A stretch of DNA of 32,025 nucleotides from Dehalococcoidia bacterium (GTDB lineage Bacteria; Chloroflexota; Dehalococcoidia; Lucifugimonadales; UBA3495), in NCBI GenBank assembly GCA_030740155.1, contig JASLXV010000105.1, positions 1 to 32,025 of the forward strand, written 5' to 3'. Both the position numbers and the translations under genes were made by a program. Shown one piece after another: positions 1 to 9,289 of the stretch (within the stretch, counting starts at the first letter, position 1; each line of letters begins with the position of its first letter). The notes under the pieces were generated by a model. It searched no databases and was not told where the DNA came from. It saw nothing but the letters and a program-made list of their open reading frames with translations.

Positions 1-94
1 AAGCAGCCCCAGCATCCCTAACAACGACGCTGGACAGCTGCTCCTGCCTCTCGAGAGATTCCCGCTCGGGGGAACTATTTACCTTTTCGGTCAC
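1..94 (-). CDS. Possible 5' end of a gene running off the left edge (MTEKVNSSPERESLERQEQLSSVVVRDAGAA...)
   Basis: Frame is open from GTG at 94 to the edge and lies downstream of a strong leftward promoter (191-219). A 7-codon ORF (114-91) overlaps it as GTGA. No recognisable motif; start uncertain. Confidence 0.25.
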   Translation of the reverse strand, partial: MTEKVNSSPERESLERQEQLSSVVVRDAGAA

Positions 95-190
95 GTGTTC
101 ATATTCACCTGCATAGCTTGTGCTCTTCTACTCTGGGTCGAGGGTTTGGGGGTGTGACTTCCGGTCCTCTGCCGTTAAACCCTTACAGAT

Positions 191-219
191 ATGTTACCAG
201 TCTCGTTAAAGAGTGTCAA
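191..219 (-). promoter_or_regulatory. sigma70-type promoter firing leftwards
   Basis: Minus strand TTGACA-17 bp-TAACAT with extended -10 TGn. Confidence 0.65.
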
Positions 220-370
220 CCGTTTTCCGTCGTGTTTCTTCGTTACTATTTCGTATTCTAGTAATATCTTTTCTTATTATGGGCGTTTTTAGGATAAAGT
301 AAACCCCAGGGTCGAAGCCCCGAGAACTGGTTGTCATGACTCTCCGAGATGCCTGTCCACCTGTGGACCA

Positions 371-580
371 TTGAATCTACTACTTATTGGTAAGTCCGCC
401 TCAGTAGACCTGCTGGATACTTTGCCCGGCATCGGCCCAGCCCTGGCCGGCGCCATCGTAAGCTACCGGGAGCAGAACGGCCCTTTCCGGTCGGTTGCCG
501 AGGTCACCAGCGTCCCGAGGATTGGTCCGGCTGCCTATGAAAAGATTCGCGACCTGGTTACGGTGGCTGAAGGGCAGTAG
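371..580 (+). pseudogene. comEA: ComEA-type helix-hairpin-helix DNA receptor, C-terminal domain only (probably 5'-truncated)
   Basis: LDTLPGIGPALAGAIVSYREQNGPFRSVAEVTSVPRIG is a ComEA (HhH)2 domain directly upstream of comEC. It lacks the usual IN(I/L)NTA start of the domain, any anchor or signal peptide, and an RBS before the TTG. Confidence 0.7.
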
Positions 581-645
581 CGGCTTCAGGCACGCAGAAT
601 TCCAGCCAGCGGACCGCTTGACCGCGGGACGGAGGAGACGCCGCC

Positions 646-3108
646 ATGAGGCTGAGTTTGGGGGTGGCAGCTTGGCTGGCGGGTGTGATCCTGGGCCTTC
701 AGGTTGATGCCCCCGCTCTGCCGGTACTCCTGTTCTTGCTGGCCGTGGTCCCCGTTGGGGGACTGCTCTTCACGTACCGGGTTTCCCTCTGGCCGGTGTT
801 GCTGGCTGGGTTCTTCTTGTTGGGCCTGTTGCGGGTGGAGGCCACCGGCGCCCCGTCGACGCCTCTGGTAACCGAGGACGGGCAAGCCGTGACGGTCCTG
901 GGAAGGGTCATCGACGACCCCGAGGCAACCGGGCGGCGGGTCAAGCTCCGCATCGCGGTGGAATCGGTCGACCGGGGCGAAGGCTGGGAGCCTCTTCGGA
1001 CCAGAGCCTTGGCGTACGCCGAACCTCCCGAATCCCTGCTCCTCCAGCGAGAGCCTCCCTATTTTCGCTACGGGGACCGCTTGCGGCTGGAGGGCGTGCT
1101 GGAGCGGCCTCTCCCCATAGCCGACTTCGACTATCCGTCGTACCTGGCCAACCAGGGTATCTCCGGCATCCTCTGGTCCCGAGAAACGACGCTGGTCTCC
1201 CAGGGAGTTGGGAGCCGCTGGCGCGGCTGGATATTTGAGCTGAGACGGAAGCTGTCGGCAAGCATCGAAGACTCCCTGGGCGAGCCCCAGTCTGCGATGG
1301 CCCGGGCATTGCTGCTGGGACAGCGGGGCGGGCTGCCCGCCGAATTGGCACAGGACTTCCGCGACACCGGCACCTCCCACCTACTGGCCATCTCAGGCTT
1401 GCACGTGGGCATACTGCTCACGATGTCGCTGGGGGCCGCCGTGTGGCTGATGGGTCGCCGCCGGCAGCTATACCTCGTCCTGCCCCTCGCCTTCATCTGG
1501 CTGTACGCCATGGTCAGCGGCGGGCCTCCTTCGGTGGTGCGGGCCGCCACCATGGGCACGGTCTTTCTGGCGGCCCTGGCCCTGGGACGCCCCAGGAGCA
1601 TCCTGCCGGCCCTGGCTCTGAGCGCGGCCGCCATGGTCGCCGTCAACCCCGAGGTGATACGGCAGGTTTCATTCCAGCTCAGCTTCGCCGCCATGGCGGG
1701 TATCGCCGTGGCCCTACCCTACCAGGCCAAGTTCGCCCCGGATATCGCCGCGGGCATCGTAAGGCGAACCGGCCGGCAGAGGCCCTGGGCCACCTACGCC
1801 CTGACCTGGTTGGTTTCGGCCCTCATCGTGGCCTTGGCGGCAACATTGGCAACCTGGCCCCTCGTGGCTTTCAACTTCCACCGAATTCCGCTGCTCGGCA
1901 TCTTTATCACCATTCTCGCCCTGCCCGCGTTGCCCTTCATCTTGTTGGGCGCCCTGGCGACGGCGGCAGCCGGGCTGGTTCACCCGGCCATCGGCCAACT
2001 CCTCAGTTGGATCACCTGGGCGCCCCTGTCTTACCTAGTGGGCCTGGTTTCCCAGGCGCCCCAACCGGCGGTGTCTGGCGCCTGGGTAGGCGACTGGCTG
2101 GTCTGGGCGTGGTACATCATGCTCGGCGGTCTCCTGCTCCTTACCGGTGGCCTGGGCCGGATCAGCCAGCTGCCGGTTCTCCTGGACTGGCTGGTCCGGC
2201 CGCCGGCCCCCGCGACCCCCGGCGTTGCGATGCCCAGCGGCTCCACCATGGGGCTGGCCGGCCTAGCTTTCGTGCTGGCGCCCGCCGCAATCTTCATCTG
2301 GGCTCAACTTCTCAGCGGACCGGACGGCAAGCTTCACGTGTATTTCTTCGACGTGGGCCAGGGCGACAGCACGCTAATCGTCACACCCTCGGGGCGACAG
2401 GTACTGGTGGACGGGGGACCGGAGAGCGATAGCGCCACCGGCAGCCTGACCGGTCCGCTGTCCGCCGGCGACCAAAGTCTGGACTTGGTGCTGCTGACCC
2501 ACATGGACGCCGACCACAGCCGGGGCTTGCTGGAGGTGCTGGAGCGCTACCGGGTGGGATCCGTTCTGGTGGGACTGGAGCAACCGGATAGCTCCCTCTA
2601 CCCCCAGTGGAGCGCTACCCTGGAACGCAAGAACCTGCCCAAGGTTGCCGTAGAGGCTGGTTACGAGATACTCCTGGAGCCGGGCATAACTCTGGAGGTG
2701 GTGCACCCGCCTTCGAATCCGATCGGGGGGCCTCGGCCGGACAGGAACAATAACGGTGTCGTACTCCGGCTGGTATACGGAGGGGTGAGCTTTTTACTGG
2801 CCTCCGACATCGAGGCGGAGGCGGAGAACTACCTGGCGGTGCAGGGCCCGGTGCTGGAGAGCACGGTGCTGAAGGTGCCGCACCACGGCAGCAAGACATC
2901 CACCACGAAGGCTTTTCTGGCTCGGGTGGACCCCGCCGTCGCGGTCGTGTCCGTTGGGGAGGGGAACCGCTTCAAACACCCGTCCCCGGAGGTGGTGCAA
3001 CGGCTTGGCGAGTCGGTGGTCCCCGGCGGGGTATACCGGACGGACCAAGACGGGACCATCGAATTCATCACCAACGGTGAAACGCTGTGGGTGAGGACCG
3101 AGCGATGA
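646..3108 (+). CDS. comEC: DNA internalization competence protein ComEC/Rec2
   Basis: HLLAISGLHVG competence-domain motif, SFQLSF, C-terminal beta-lactamase-like domain (DVGQGD, THMDADH, KVPHHGS, RTDQDG); RBS GGAGGAG. Confidence 0.96.
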   Translation: MRLSLGVAAWLAGVILGLQVDAPALPVLLFLLAVVPVGGLLFTYRVSLWPVLLAGFFLLGLLRVEATGAPSTPLVTEDGQAVTVLGRVIDDPEATGRRVKLRIAVESVDRGEGWEPLRTRALAYAEPPESLLLQREPPYFRYGDRLRLEGVLERPLPIADFDYPSYLANQGISGILWSRETTLVSQGVGSRWRGWIFELRRKLSASIEDSLGEPQSAMARALLLGQRGGLPAELAQDFRDTGTSHLLAISGLHVGILLTMSLGAAVWLMGRRRQLYLVLPLAFIWLYAMVSGGPPSVVRAATMGTVFLAALALGRPRSILPALALSAAAMVAVNPEVIRQVSFQLSFAAMAGIAVALPYQAKFAPDIAAGIVRRTGRQRPWATYALTWLVSALIVALAATLATWPLVAFNFHRIPLLGIFITILALPALPFILLGALATAAAGLVHPAIGQLLSWITWAPLSYLVGLVSQAPQPAVSGAWVGDWLVWAWYIMLGGLLLLTGGLGRISQLPVLLDWLVRPPAPATPGVAMPSGSTMGLAGLAFVLAPAAIFIWAQLLSGPDGKLHVYFFDVGQGDSTLIVTPSGRQVLVDGGPESDSATGSLTGPLSAGDQSLDLVLLTHMDADHSRGLLEVLERYRVGSVLVGLEQPDSSLYPQWSATLERKNLPKVAVEAGYEILLEPGITLEVVHPPSNPIGGPRPDRNNNGVVLRLVYGGVSFLLASDIEAEAENYLAVQGPVLESTVLKVPHHGSKTSTTKAFLARVDPAVAVVSVGEGNRFKHPSPEVVQRLGESVVPGGVYRTDQDGTIEFITNGETLWVRTER

Positions 3109-3175
3109 TCGAGCGCCCTGTCTCGTGATACAGCTTTTCACCGGCGAATTCTTTCGCCAGTCCCGCTCCGCGACC

Positions 3176-3210
3176 GTCATCCCGGCGAACAATGCCGGAC
3201 CGGGTATCCA
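3176..3210. repeat. Degenerate single copy of the GTCATCCCGGCG...GCCGG...ATCCA palindromic REP-like unit
   Basis: First 14 nt (GTCATCCCGGCGAA) match the reverse complement of 9113-9126. Confidence 0.55.
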
Positions 3211-3406
3211 GACGATACGATACTCTGAACCGGAGACCCGGGCCATGTCCTGCTCCAGGTAAGGTATACTGAGCATCGACCGGCAATCAGCTATCGGCGA
3301 ACTCCACACATCCGATCTTGGCCGTTGACTCAAGCTCTATCTCTGGCCGCGAATACGCGCTCGCTGGTGGGCAGTAGCTGGATCTCCCTAAAGGAAGTGG
3401 TTAACT

Positions 3407-4129
3407 TTGTTGAGACCGGATGGCCGATCTTGGGATCAGGCCAGACCAACGATTATCACCCCAGGTTTCCAAAGATCCGCCGAGGGCTCGGCGCTGATTG
3501 AAGTGGGCGCTACCAAGGTGCTGTGTGCGGTCTCGCTGGAAGAGCGGGTGCCCCAGTTCTTGAGGGGGCAGGGCAAAGGCTGGGTCACCGCCGAGTATGA
3601 GATGCTGCCCCGGTCCACTTCGACCCGCAGGTCAAGGGACAGGGAATCAGGGCGGGTCAGCGGCCGCTCTCAAGAGATTCAGCGAATGATCGGACGGGCC
3701 CTGCGGGCGGTCACCAACCTGGAAGCCCTGGGCGAACGCACCGTGCAGGTGGACTGCGATGTGGTCGAAGCCGACGGCGGCACCCGCACGGCGGCTATTA
3801 CCGGGGCCTACGTGGCCCTGTACCAGGCCATGACCGTCCTGGTAAGAAACGGGGTACTGCCCAAGATTCCTTTGCGAAGCGCGGTGGCCGCCGTCAGCGT
3901 CGGCATCGTCGACGGCGAGTTGCTTCTGGACCTGTGTTACAAAGAAGACTTCCGCGCCCAGGTGGATTTCAACGTGGTGCTCACCGATGACGGGCTGATG
4001 GTAGAGCTGCAAGGGGCCTCCGAAGCCGCCCCATTTTCCCGTGAGCTGGTGCCCGAGGTGCTGGCCCTGGCAGCCAGGGGGATGGAGCCGATGTTCCGGC
4101 TGCAGCAAGAGGCCATCCGGAAGCTGTAA
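3407..4129 (+). CDS. rph: Ribonuclease PH
   Basis: RPDGR, GWVTAEY, GRSQEIQRMIGRALR, DCDVVEADGGTRTAAITGA signature. Confidence 0.97.
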   Translation: MLRPDGRSWDQARPTIITPGFQRSAEGSALIEVGATKVLCAVSLEERVPQFLRGQGKGWVTAEYEMLPRSTSTRRSRDRESGRVSGRSQEIQRMIGRALRAVTNLEALGERTVQVDCDVVEADGGTRTAAITGAYVALYQAMTVLVRNGVLPKIPLRSAVAAVSVGIVDGELLLDLCYKEDFRAQVDFNVVLTDDGLMVELQGASEAAPFSRELVPEVLALAARGMEPMFRLQQEAIRKL

Positions 4130-4351
4130 TCAGAGACCCCCACGCGTTCTCCGAAGACCCTCCTGGCCGGAAGTGGACGGGACGCCCCCGGTGTGCTTAT
4201 TGCGAGCGCGTGGGATATCATGTAGTAGCGGCAGCGCGAGCTAACCGCGGCTTAATACGATGATATATGGGGTTGCATGCCGAGTTCACCCAAGAAGCAC
4301 CTTATTTCCAACCGGTCCGGCAACAAAGGGCTCGGGTTCAGCCACCGCCTC

Positions 4352-5569
4352 ATGTTGCCAATCCTGGGTTTGATCGCACTTTTTTCACTGGTCCTGAGTG
4401 CTTGTGACAGCGCCGGCCCAACACTGACGACGGCTCCATCTCCAACAACCGCTCCGCCGGCGGCCACGTCCACTCCAGCGCCGGTGCCCGCGACCCCAAC
4501 CGTGGTTCCCATTCCTACGCCCGCTGCCACTCGATCCCCAACGGCGACGGCCCAGCCGGCTCCCACGAGCACGCCCCCTGCCACGCCCGTTCCGCCGACT
4601 CCCATCTTGATGCTGCAACTGCCCAACGTGGCGGATACGGTGGAGCGAGTGCGTCCCGCCGTGGTATCCGTGGTATCGGAAGTGGTCAGCAGGGACTTTT
4701 TTGGCAATCTCTTTTCCAGCTTTGGAAGTGGCACCGGGGTGATTATTGACTCCCAGGGGCTCGTCTTGACCAACAACCATGTGGTAGAGGGAGCTGTTGA
4801 TATCACTGTCACCCTGGACGATGGCAGCCAACAGAAGGCCGAAATTGTTGGCGCCGACCAGCTCTCGGACCTGGCGGTGCTGCGGTTACCGGGAGACGGC
4901 TATCCGTTCCTGCCGGTGCGCGAGGCCGTGCCGCCCCGCGTCGGAGAATGGGTGATCGCCATCGGCAACGCCCTGGCCCTCCCGGGCGGCCCGACGGTCA
5001 CGGTAGGAGTAGTTTCGGCCCTGGGGCGGTCTATCGAGGCCTCCGCCGGTATAACCCTCTACGATCTGATTCAGACCGACACCGTAATCAACCCCGGCAA
5101 CAGCGGAGGTCCTCTGATCAGCCTGCGAGGTGAGTTGGTGGGCATCAACACCGCGGTGCAGCGCACCTCCGCCAGCGGGACGCCCGTGGAAGGCATTGGT
5201 TTCGCGATCAACATGGAGACGGCGGCCCAGGTGTCGGATCAACTCGTCCGGTTGAGCCGGGTGCGTTGGGCGTGGATGGGGGTGATCCTGGCCGACTTGA
5301 TACCTGAGGTTGCGGCAAGGGTGGGGTTACCCATCAGAGAAGGCGTGGTGATACAGAACACGGTAATAGACGGGCCGGCCGACCAAGCGGGCATCGAGCC
5401 CGGCGATATTATCCTGTCGGCCAACGGCCAGGAAATTGCGACGGTCAGTGACCTGACCAGGCTACTGAAGCAGCAGTTCAAGGCCGGCCAGGATATTGAT
5501 GTGGAACTGTTCCGCGACGGCGGGAGGAAAACCATCATGATGACCCTCGGAGAAAGGCCTCTCAGGTAG
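4352..5569 (+). CDS. htrA: HtrA/DegP-family serine protease with PDZ domain; predicted lipoprotein with P/T/A-rich linker
   Basis: Triad motifs TNNHVV, SDLAVL, GNSGG; C-terminal PDZ; lipobox LSAC. The start may instead be 4277. Confidence 0.92.
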   Translation: MLPILGLIALFSLVLSACDSAGPTLTTAPSPTTAPPAATSTPAPVPATPTVVPIPTPAATRSPTATAQPAPTSTPPATPVPPTPILMLQLPNVADTVERVRPAVVSVVSEVVSRDFFGNLFSSFGSGTGVIIDSQGLVLTNNHVVEGAVDITVTLDDGSQQKAEIVGADQLSDLAVLRLPGDGYPFLPVREAVPPRVGEWVIAIGNALALPGGPTVTVGVVSALGRSIEASAGITLYDLIQTDTVINPGNSGGPLISLRGELVGINTAVQRTSASGTPVEGIGFAINMETAAQVSDQLVRLSRVRWAWMGVILADLIPEVAARVGLPIREGVVIQNTVIDGPADQAGIEPGDIILSANGQEIATVSDLTRLLKQQFKAGQDIDVELFRDGGRKTIMMTLGERPLR

Positions 5570-5620
5570 CGACACGGCCAGAGACAGGGCCCTCCCGCGC
5601 CATGGTCAGCGACCGGCGGG

Positions 5621-5650
5621 TGTAGGGGCACAGCATGCTGTGCCCCTACA
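5621..5650. repeat. Perfect 30-bp palindrome of GTAG-type REP form (TGTAGGGGCACAGCATGCTGTGCCCCTACA)
   Basis: Exact inverted repeat between convergent genes. Confidence 0.8.
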
Positions 5651-8306
5651 GTTCAGCCCCGTCGTCGTCCAGGAGCACCACGGGCAGGCCCAGATCTCGT
5701 AGTCCGGGTTCCACCGCCAGGCGGTCGCCCACCACCAGCACCTTCAGTTGGTCGGGAAGGATCCGCTCCGATCCGATACGTTGGACCTCGGCCAGGGAGA
5801 CTACCTTCACCCGAGACCTCACCGTCCGAAAGTAATCGTCGGGCAGATCATACAGGGTCAGTTGGACTAGCTGGCCCAAAACCTGTCCGGGCCGCTCGAA
5901 GCCGGCCGGGTAGGCCCGGAGCATTCCGGCCTTGGCCTCCTCCAGTTCCTTTTGGCTGATGGGCCGATCCGTGTGGACCTCGTGGAACTCCCGCAAGGTC
6001 TCCGCCACCGATTCCTTGGTCACCGCGGTATGGACGCTGCCGCCGGCCAAGAGCAATGACGGGCCCCGGTGCCACTGCACGTAAGAGTGGTACCCGTAGC
6101 TATAGCCCTTCTCCTGGCGCAGGTTCAGGTTCAAGCGGGCCTCGAATTGTCCGCCGAAAGCGGAGTTGAGCAGAACCAGGCCGAGGTAGTCGGAATGCTG
6201 CCGGGGTATGGTGGTTTGAAGCGCCCAGATCACGGATTGGGCCGCCCCGGGCCGGTCCACCAGATAAATCGCGGAGCCGCCGGCGTTACCATCTAAGGCG
6301 GGTGTTGGAGATGCGGCCACCTCCGAAGCAGCTTGCCAGTCCCCCAGAGCGGCCTCGGCCTTCTCCTCCACATCGGCGAGGGTCACGTCCCCCGCCACGA
6401 TGAGCGTCGCGGAGGCCGGGCCGTAGGTCTTTCGGAAATGGGACATGACGTCGTCCCGGGACAGCGACCCCACCGCCGCCTCCGTGCCATGGATGGGGTG
6501 CCCGTATCCGGTATTCTGGTCGAACATGAGGCCCGAAACCAGGCGGGCGGCCACGCCGGTTGGATCGTCCTTGCTCCGGCGCAGGTCGGTCATCTCCTCG
6601 CGGCGCACCCTCTCCAGCTCATGGTCGGGAAACGTGGGGTTTTTCACGAGGTCAGCCATCAACTCCAGGGCGGCGGGCCAGTCCTTCGACATAGTTTCGG
6701 TGACCAAGAGGGTGTGCTCCCGGCCCACTTCGACGGAAATTCGGGCGCCCAGGAACTCGAAGGCGGCCGCAATTTCCTGGCTGGAGCGGGAGGAGGTACC
6801 TTCGACCAGCATCTGGGCGGTGAAGCTGGCCAGTCCGGGAATCTCCACGGAGTCGGTGGCCGCTCCGGCCCGGACCATGAGCGCGAAAGCGACAATGGGA
6901 AGCCTCGGCTGCTCGACCACCGTAACTTCCAGGCCGTTGGACAACCGGAGGTGCGAGGGTTTTGGTGGCGTGAAAGACGGTTCCTCCGCCGGCTGGGGCA
7001 TGGACGCCCGGTCCACGGCCACGGAGGCCAAGGTGGGTTGGAAGGTATGCTCGGGCAATACTCGCAGCCTTACCTGCCGGTGATCGAGCACCCTTTGGCC
7101 GACCCGCAAGACGTCCTCCCGCTGGACAGCCAGGTACCGGTCCAGAATGGAGTTAATCAAGCCCGGGTCGCGGCCGAATATGTTGAAGTGGTTCAACTGG
7201 TCGGCCCTGCCCCCGAATCCACCGATCCTGGCCAACTGGCGAAAGTGGGCGGCGCTGATCCGGTTCTTGACCCGGGTCATCTCCTCGTCGGTGGGAGGTT
7301 CTCGCCAGAGGCGCTCCAACTCGGCGTCGGTGGCAGCCTCCACTTCCGCAAGGTCGTGGCCTTCCGCCGCCGTGACCTGGATGATGAACTGCCCGGCAAT
7401 CTCCGAGGGATGGTATCGAATGAGGGCGCTCTGGGCGATCTGCTTCTCGTATACGAGAGACCGGTGCAGGCGGGAAGTTATGCCGTCGGAGAGAATCGCC
7501 TGCAGAAACTCCAAAGGAGCGTCGGCGTCGTCCAGGTCGGGCGGGGTGGTCCAGGCAATATACGTTCGAGGTAGGGACACCTTGTCCCGCATCTCCAGTT
7601 CTACCCGACCCGCCAGTCCGGAATCGAAGCGTCCCTTGCGGGGCAATGCCGGACCCGGAGGCAAGTCCCCGAAGTAACGGTTGATCAGGTCCATGGCCTG
7701 GTCCCGTTGGAAATCGCCGGCGATGGCCAGGCTGGCGTTGGAGGGGGAGTAGTAGCGGCGGAAGAAATCCTTGACATCGTCCAAGCTAGCCGCGTCCAGG
7801 TCTTCCTGGGAACCGATGGTCATCCAGTGGTAGGGATGAGGCATCGGGAACATTGTCTCTTGAAGACGCCAGTAGGCCATGCCGTAGGGGCGGTTTTCAT
7901 AGGTTTGACGCCGCTCATTTTTCACCACATCGCGTTGGATGTCGAAGCGCTTCTGGTCCAGAGCTTCCATCAAGAAGCCCATTCGGTCGGACTCCAGCCA
8001 CAGCGCCAACTCCAGGTAGTTGGAGGGCACGTCTTCCCAGTAGTTGGTCCGGTCCGAAGTGGTGGAGCCGTTGAGGTTGGCCCCGGCCTTCTGCAGCGGC
8101 TCGAAGTAGCTCCGGTTATGGTGCTTGGAGCCCTCGAACATCACGTGTTCAAAAAGGTGGGCAAAGCCGGTGCGGCCTATCTCTTCGTCCTTGGAACCGA
8201 CATGGTACCAGACGTTGACCGCCACCAGAGGTATCGCGTGGTCCTGATGCAGGATGACATCAAGCCCGTTGGAAAGGGTTACCTTCTCAAAAGATATGTT
8301 CACCAT
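5646..8306 (-). CDS. M16 (pitrilysin/insulinase) family zinc peptidase, two-module fusion
   Basis: Inverted zinc motif HLFEH, NGSTTSDRTNY; second M16 module (LSNGL...) without the zinc motif. Confidence 0.93.
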   Translation of the reverse strand: MVNISFEKVTLSNGLDVILHQDHAIPLVAVNVWYHVGSKDEEIGRTGFAHLFEHVMFEGSKHHNRSYFEPLQKAGANLNGSTTSDRTNYWEDVPSNYLELALWLESDRMGFLMEALDQKRFDIQRDVVKNERRQTYENRPYGMAYWRLQETMFPMPHPYHWMTIGSQEDLDAASLDDVKDFFRRYYSPSNASLAIAGDFQRDQAMDLINRYFGDLPPGPALPRKGRFDSGLAGRVELEMRDKVSLPRTYIAWTTPPDLDDADAPLEFLQAILSDGITSRLHRSLVYEKQIAQSALIRYHPSEIAGQFIIQVTAAEGHDLAEVEAATDAELERLWREPPTDEEMTRVKNRISAAHFRQLARIGGFGGRADQLNHFNIFGRDPGLINSILDRYLAVQREDVLRVGQRVLDHRQVRLRVLPEHTFQPTLASVAVDRASMPQPAEEPSFTPPKPSHLRLSNGLEVTVVEQPRLPIVAFALMVRAGAATDSVEIPGLASFTAQMLVEGTSSRSSQEIAAAFEFLGARISVEVGREHTLLVTETMSKDWPAALELMADLVKNPTFPDHELERVRREEMTDLRRSKDDPTGVAARLVSGLMFDQNTGYGHPIHGTEAAVGSLSRDDVMSHFRKTYGPASATLIVAGDVTLADVEEKAEAALGDWQAASEVAASPTPALDGNAGGSAIYLVDRPGAAQSVIWALQTTIPRQHSDYLGLVLLNSAFGGQFEARLNLNLRQEKGYSYGYHSYVQWHRGPSLLLAGGSVHTAVTKESVAETLREFHEVHTDRPISQKELEEAKAGMLRAYPAGFERPGQVLGQLVQLTLYDLPDDYFRTVRSRVKVVSLAEVQRIGSERILPDQLKVLVVGDRLAVEPGLRDLGLPVVLLDDDGAEL

Positions 8307-8881
8307 TAGGTGCCGGGAATCCGGAGGGGAACGGGCCGGTCCTTCTGGTTGGCTGAGATCTCGTCGGTGTTCCAGAGGCGGGAAAACTTAAAGGCCCGAG
8401 GGCAATGCGGGTAGGCTTCCACCACCTCGATAAGCATTCCCTGAAGGTAGTTGGACCGGTCGTCGAGTTCGTAAAGAGACAGCTCGACCTTCCGGCGGTC
8501 CAGTTCCGTTTTGTCCATGATGGTCACGGTGCCGTTCACCCGGACGGTATCGTTCACGCCGGGTATCATGAACACCAGGCCGATGTGATTGTTGCTCTCC
8601 ACATTCTGGTAGGTCTGGAACAACTTGTTCCCGGCAACATCTGGAAAGAGCAGGTGTTTATCGTCCAACACCAGAACGAACCCCGGCTTACCTCCCTTGG
8701 GGGAGGCATCGCACTGGCCGGAGGCGTCGCTGCTAGCCACAACGGCGAAGGGCGCATTCTTGATGAACTCCTGGACATAATCGGTCAGATGGTCCTTCAG
8801 TTTGGTCACGGCTCCGCCGCTGGGATAACCGAATACGTCGACAAAACGGTTTCGCGCTACGCCCTGGTCGGTTGTAGTCAT
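8306..8881 (-). CDS. Pyridoxamine 5'-phosphate oxidase-like FMN-binding protein (MSMEG_1061-like)
   Basis: CDASPKGG, FPDVAGNK, GLVFMIPG, RVNG, HCPRAF; RBS AGGAG; TAATG overlap with the M16 gene. Confidence 0.85.
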   Translation of the reverse strand: MTTTDQGVARNRFVDVFGYPSGGAVTKLKDHLTDYVQEFIKNAPFAVVASSDASGQCDASPKGGKPGFVLVLDDKHLLFPDVAGNKLFQTYQNVESNNHIGLVFMIPGVNDTVRVNGTVTIMDKTELDRRKVELSLYELDDRSNYLQGMLIEVVEAYPHCPRAFKFSRLWNTDEISANQKDRPVPLRIPGT

Positions 8882-8910
8882 ATTGACTCCTTCTGAACTG
8901 AAGTGCCTTC

Positions 8911-8939
8911 ATTTTACCCATCCAGCCCGGAATCAGCAA
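8911..8939 (-). promoter_or_regulatory. Putative sigma70 promoter of the PNPOx-M16 operon
   Basis: TTGCTG-17 bp-TAAAAT about 30 nt upstream of the ATG. Confidence 0.5.
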
Positions 8940-9061
8940 GGATATTCCAATTATCCGCCGGCCGTGCTCCCTCGGCAAGAACGCCGAAGAAGTCACGCTG
9001 GTGTCCGGCCCGGCCAATGGTTTTGCATGGATGGATTGTGCGGCGTTTCCTCCCCGCAATC

Positions 9062-9126
9062 GTCTTTCCGGCGCAGGCCGGAACCCAGAGATGGGTTGGT
9101 TGGATCCCGGCCTTCGCCGGGATGAC
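9062..9126. repeat. REP-like inverted doublet (two 26-nt palindromic units, 13-nt spacer)
   Basis: GTCTTTCCGGCGCAGGCCGGAACCCA versus the reverse complement of the second unit, GTCATCCCGGCGAAGGCCGGGATCCA (21/26 identical). Confidence 0.8.
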
Positions 9127-9289
9127 AGACTGGAACTCCTGGCTCGGCCTGGCTTCCCGAAATCCGAACGAGGGGCCACTCCACGCGGTCCGGCAGGGCT
9201 GACAGGATGAATGTAATCGGCTCGTTCGGAGCCACGCCTTCGGGGATTGACTGGACAGAAGCCGATCCGAAGCTTACCGGCGCCGGCCT

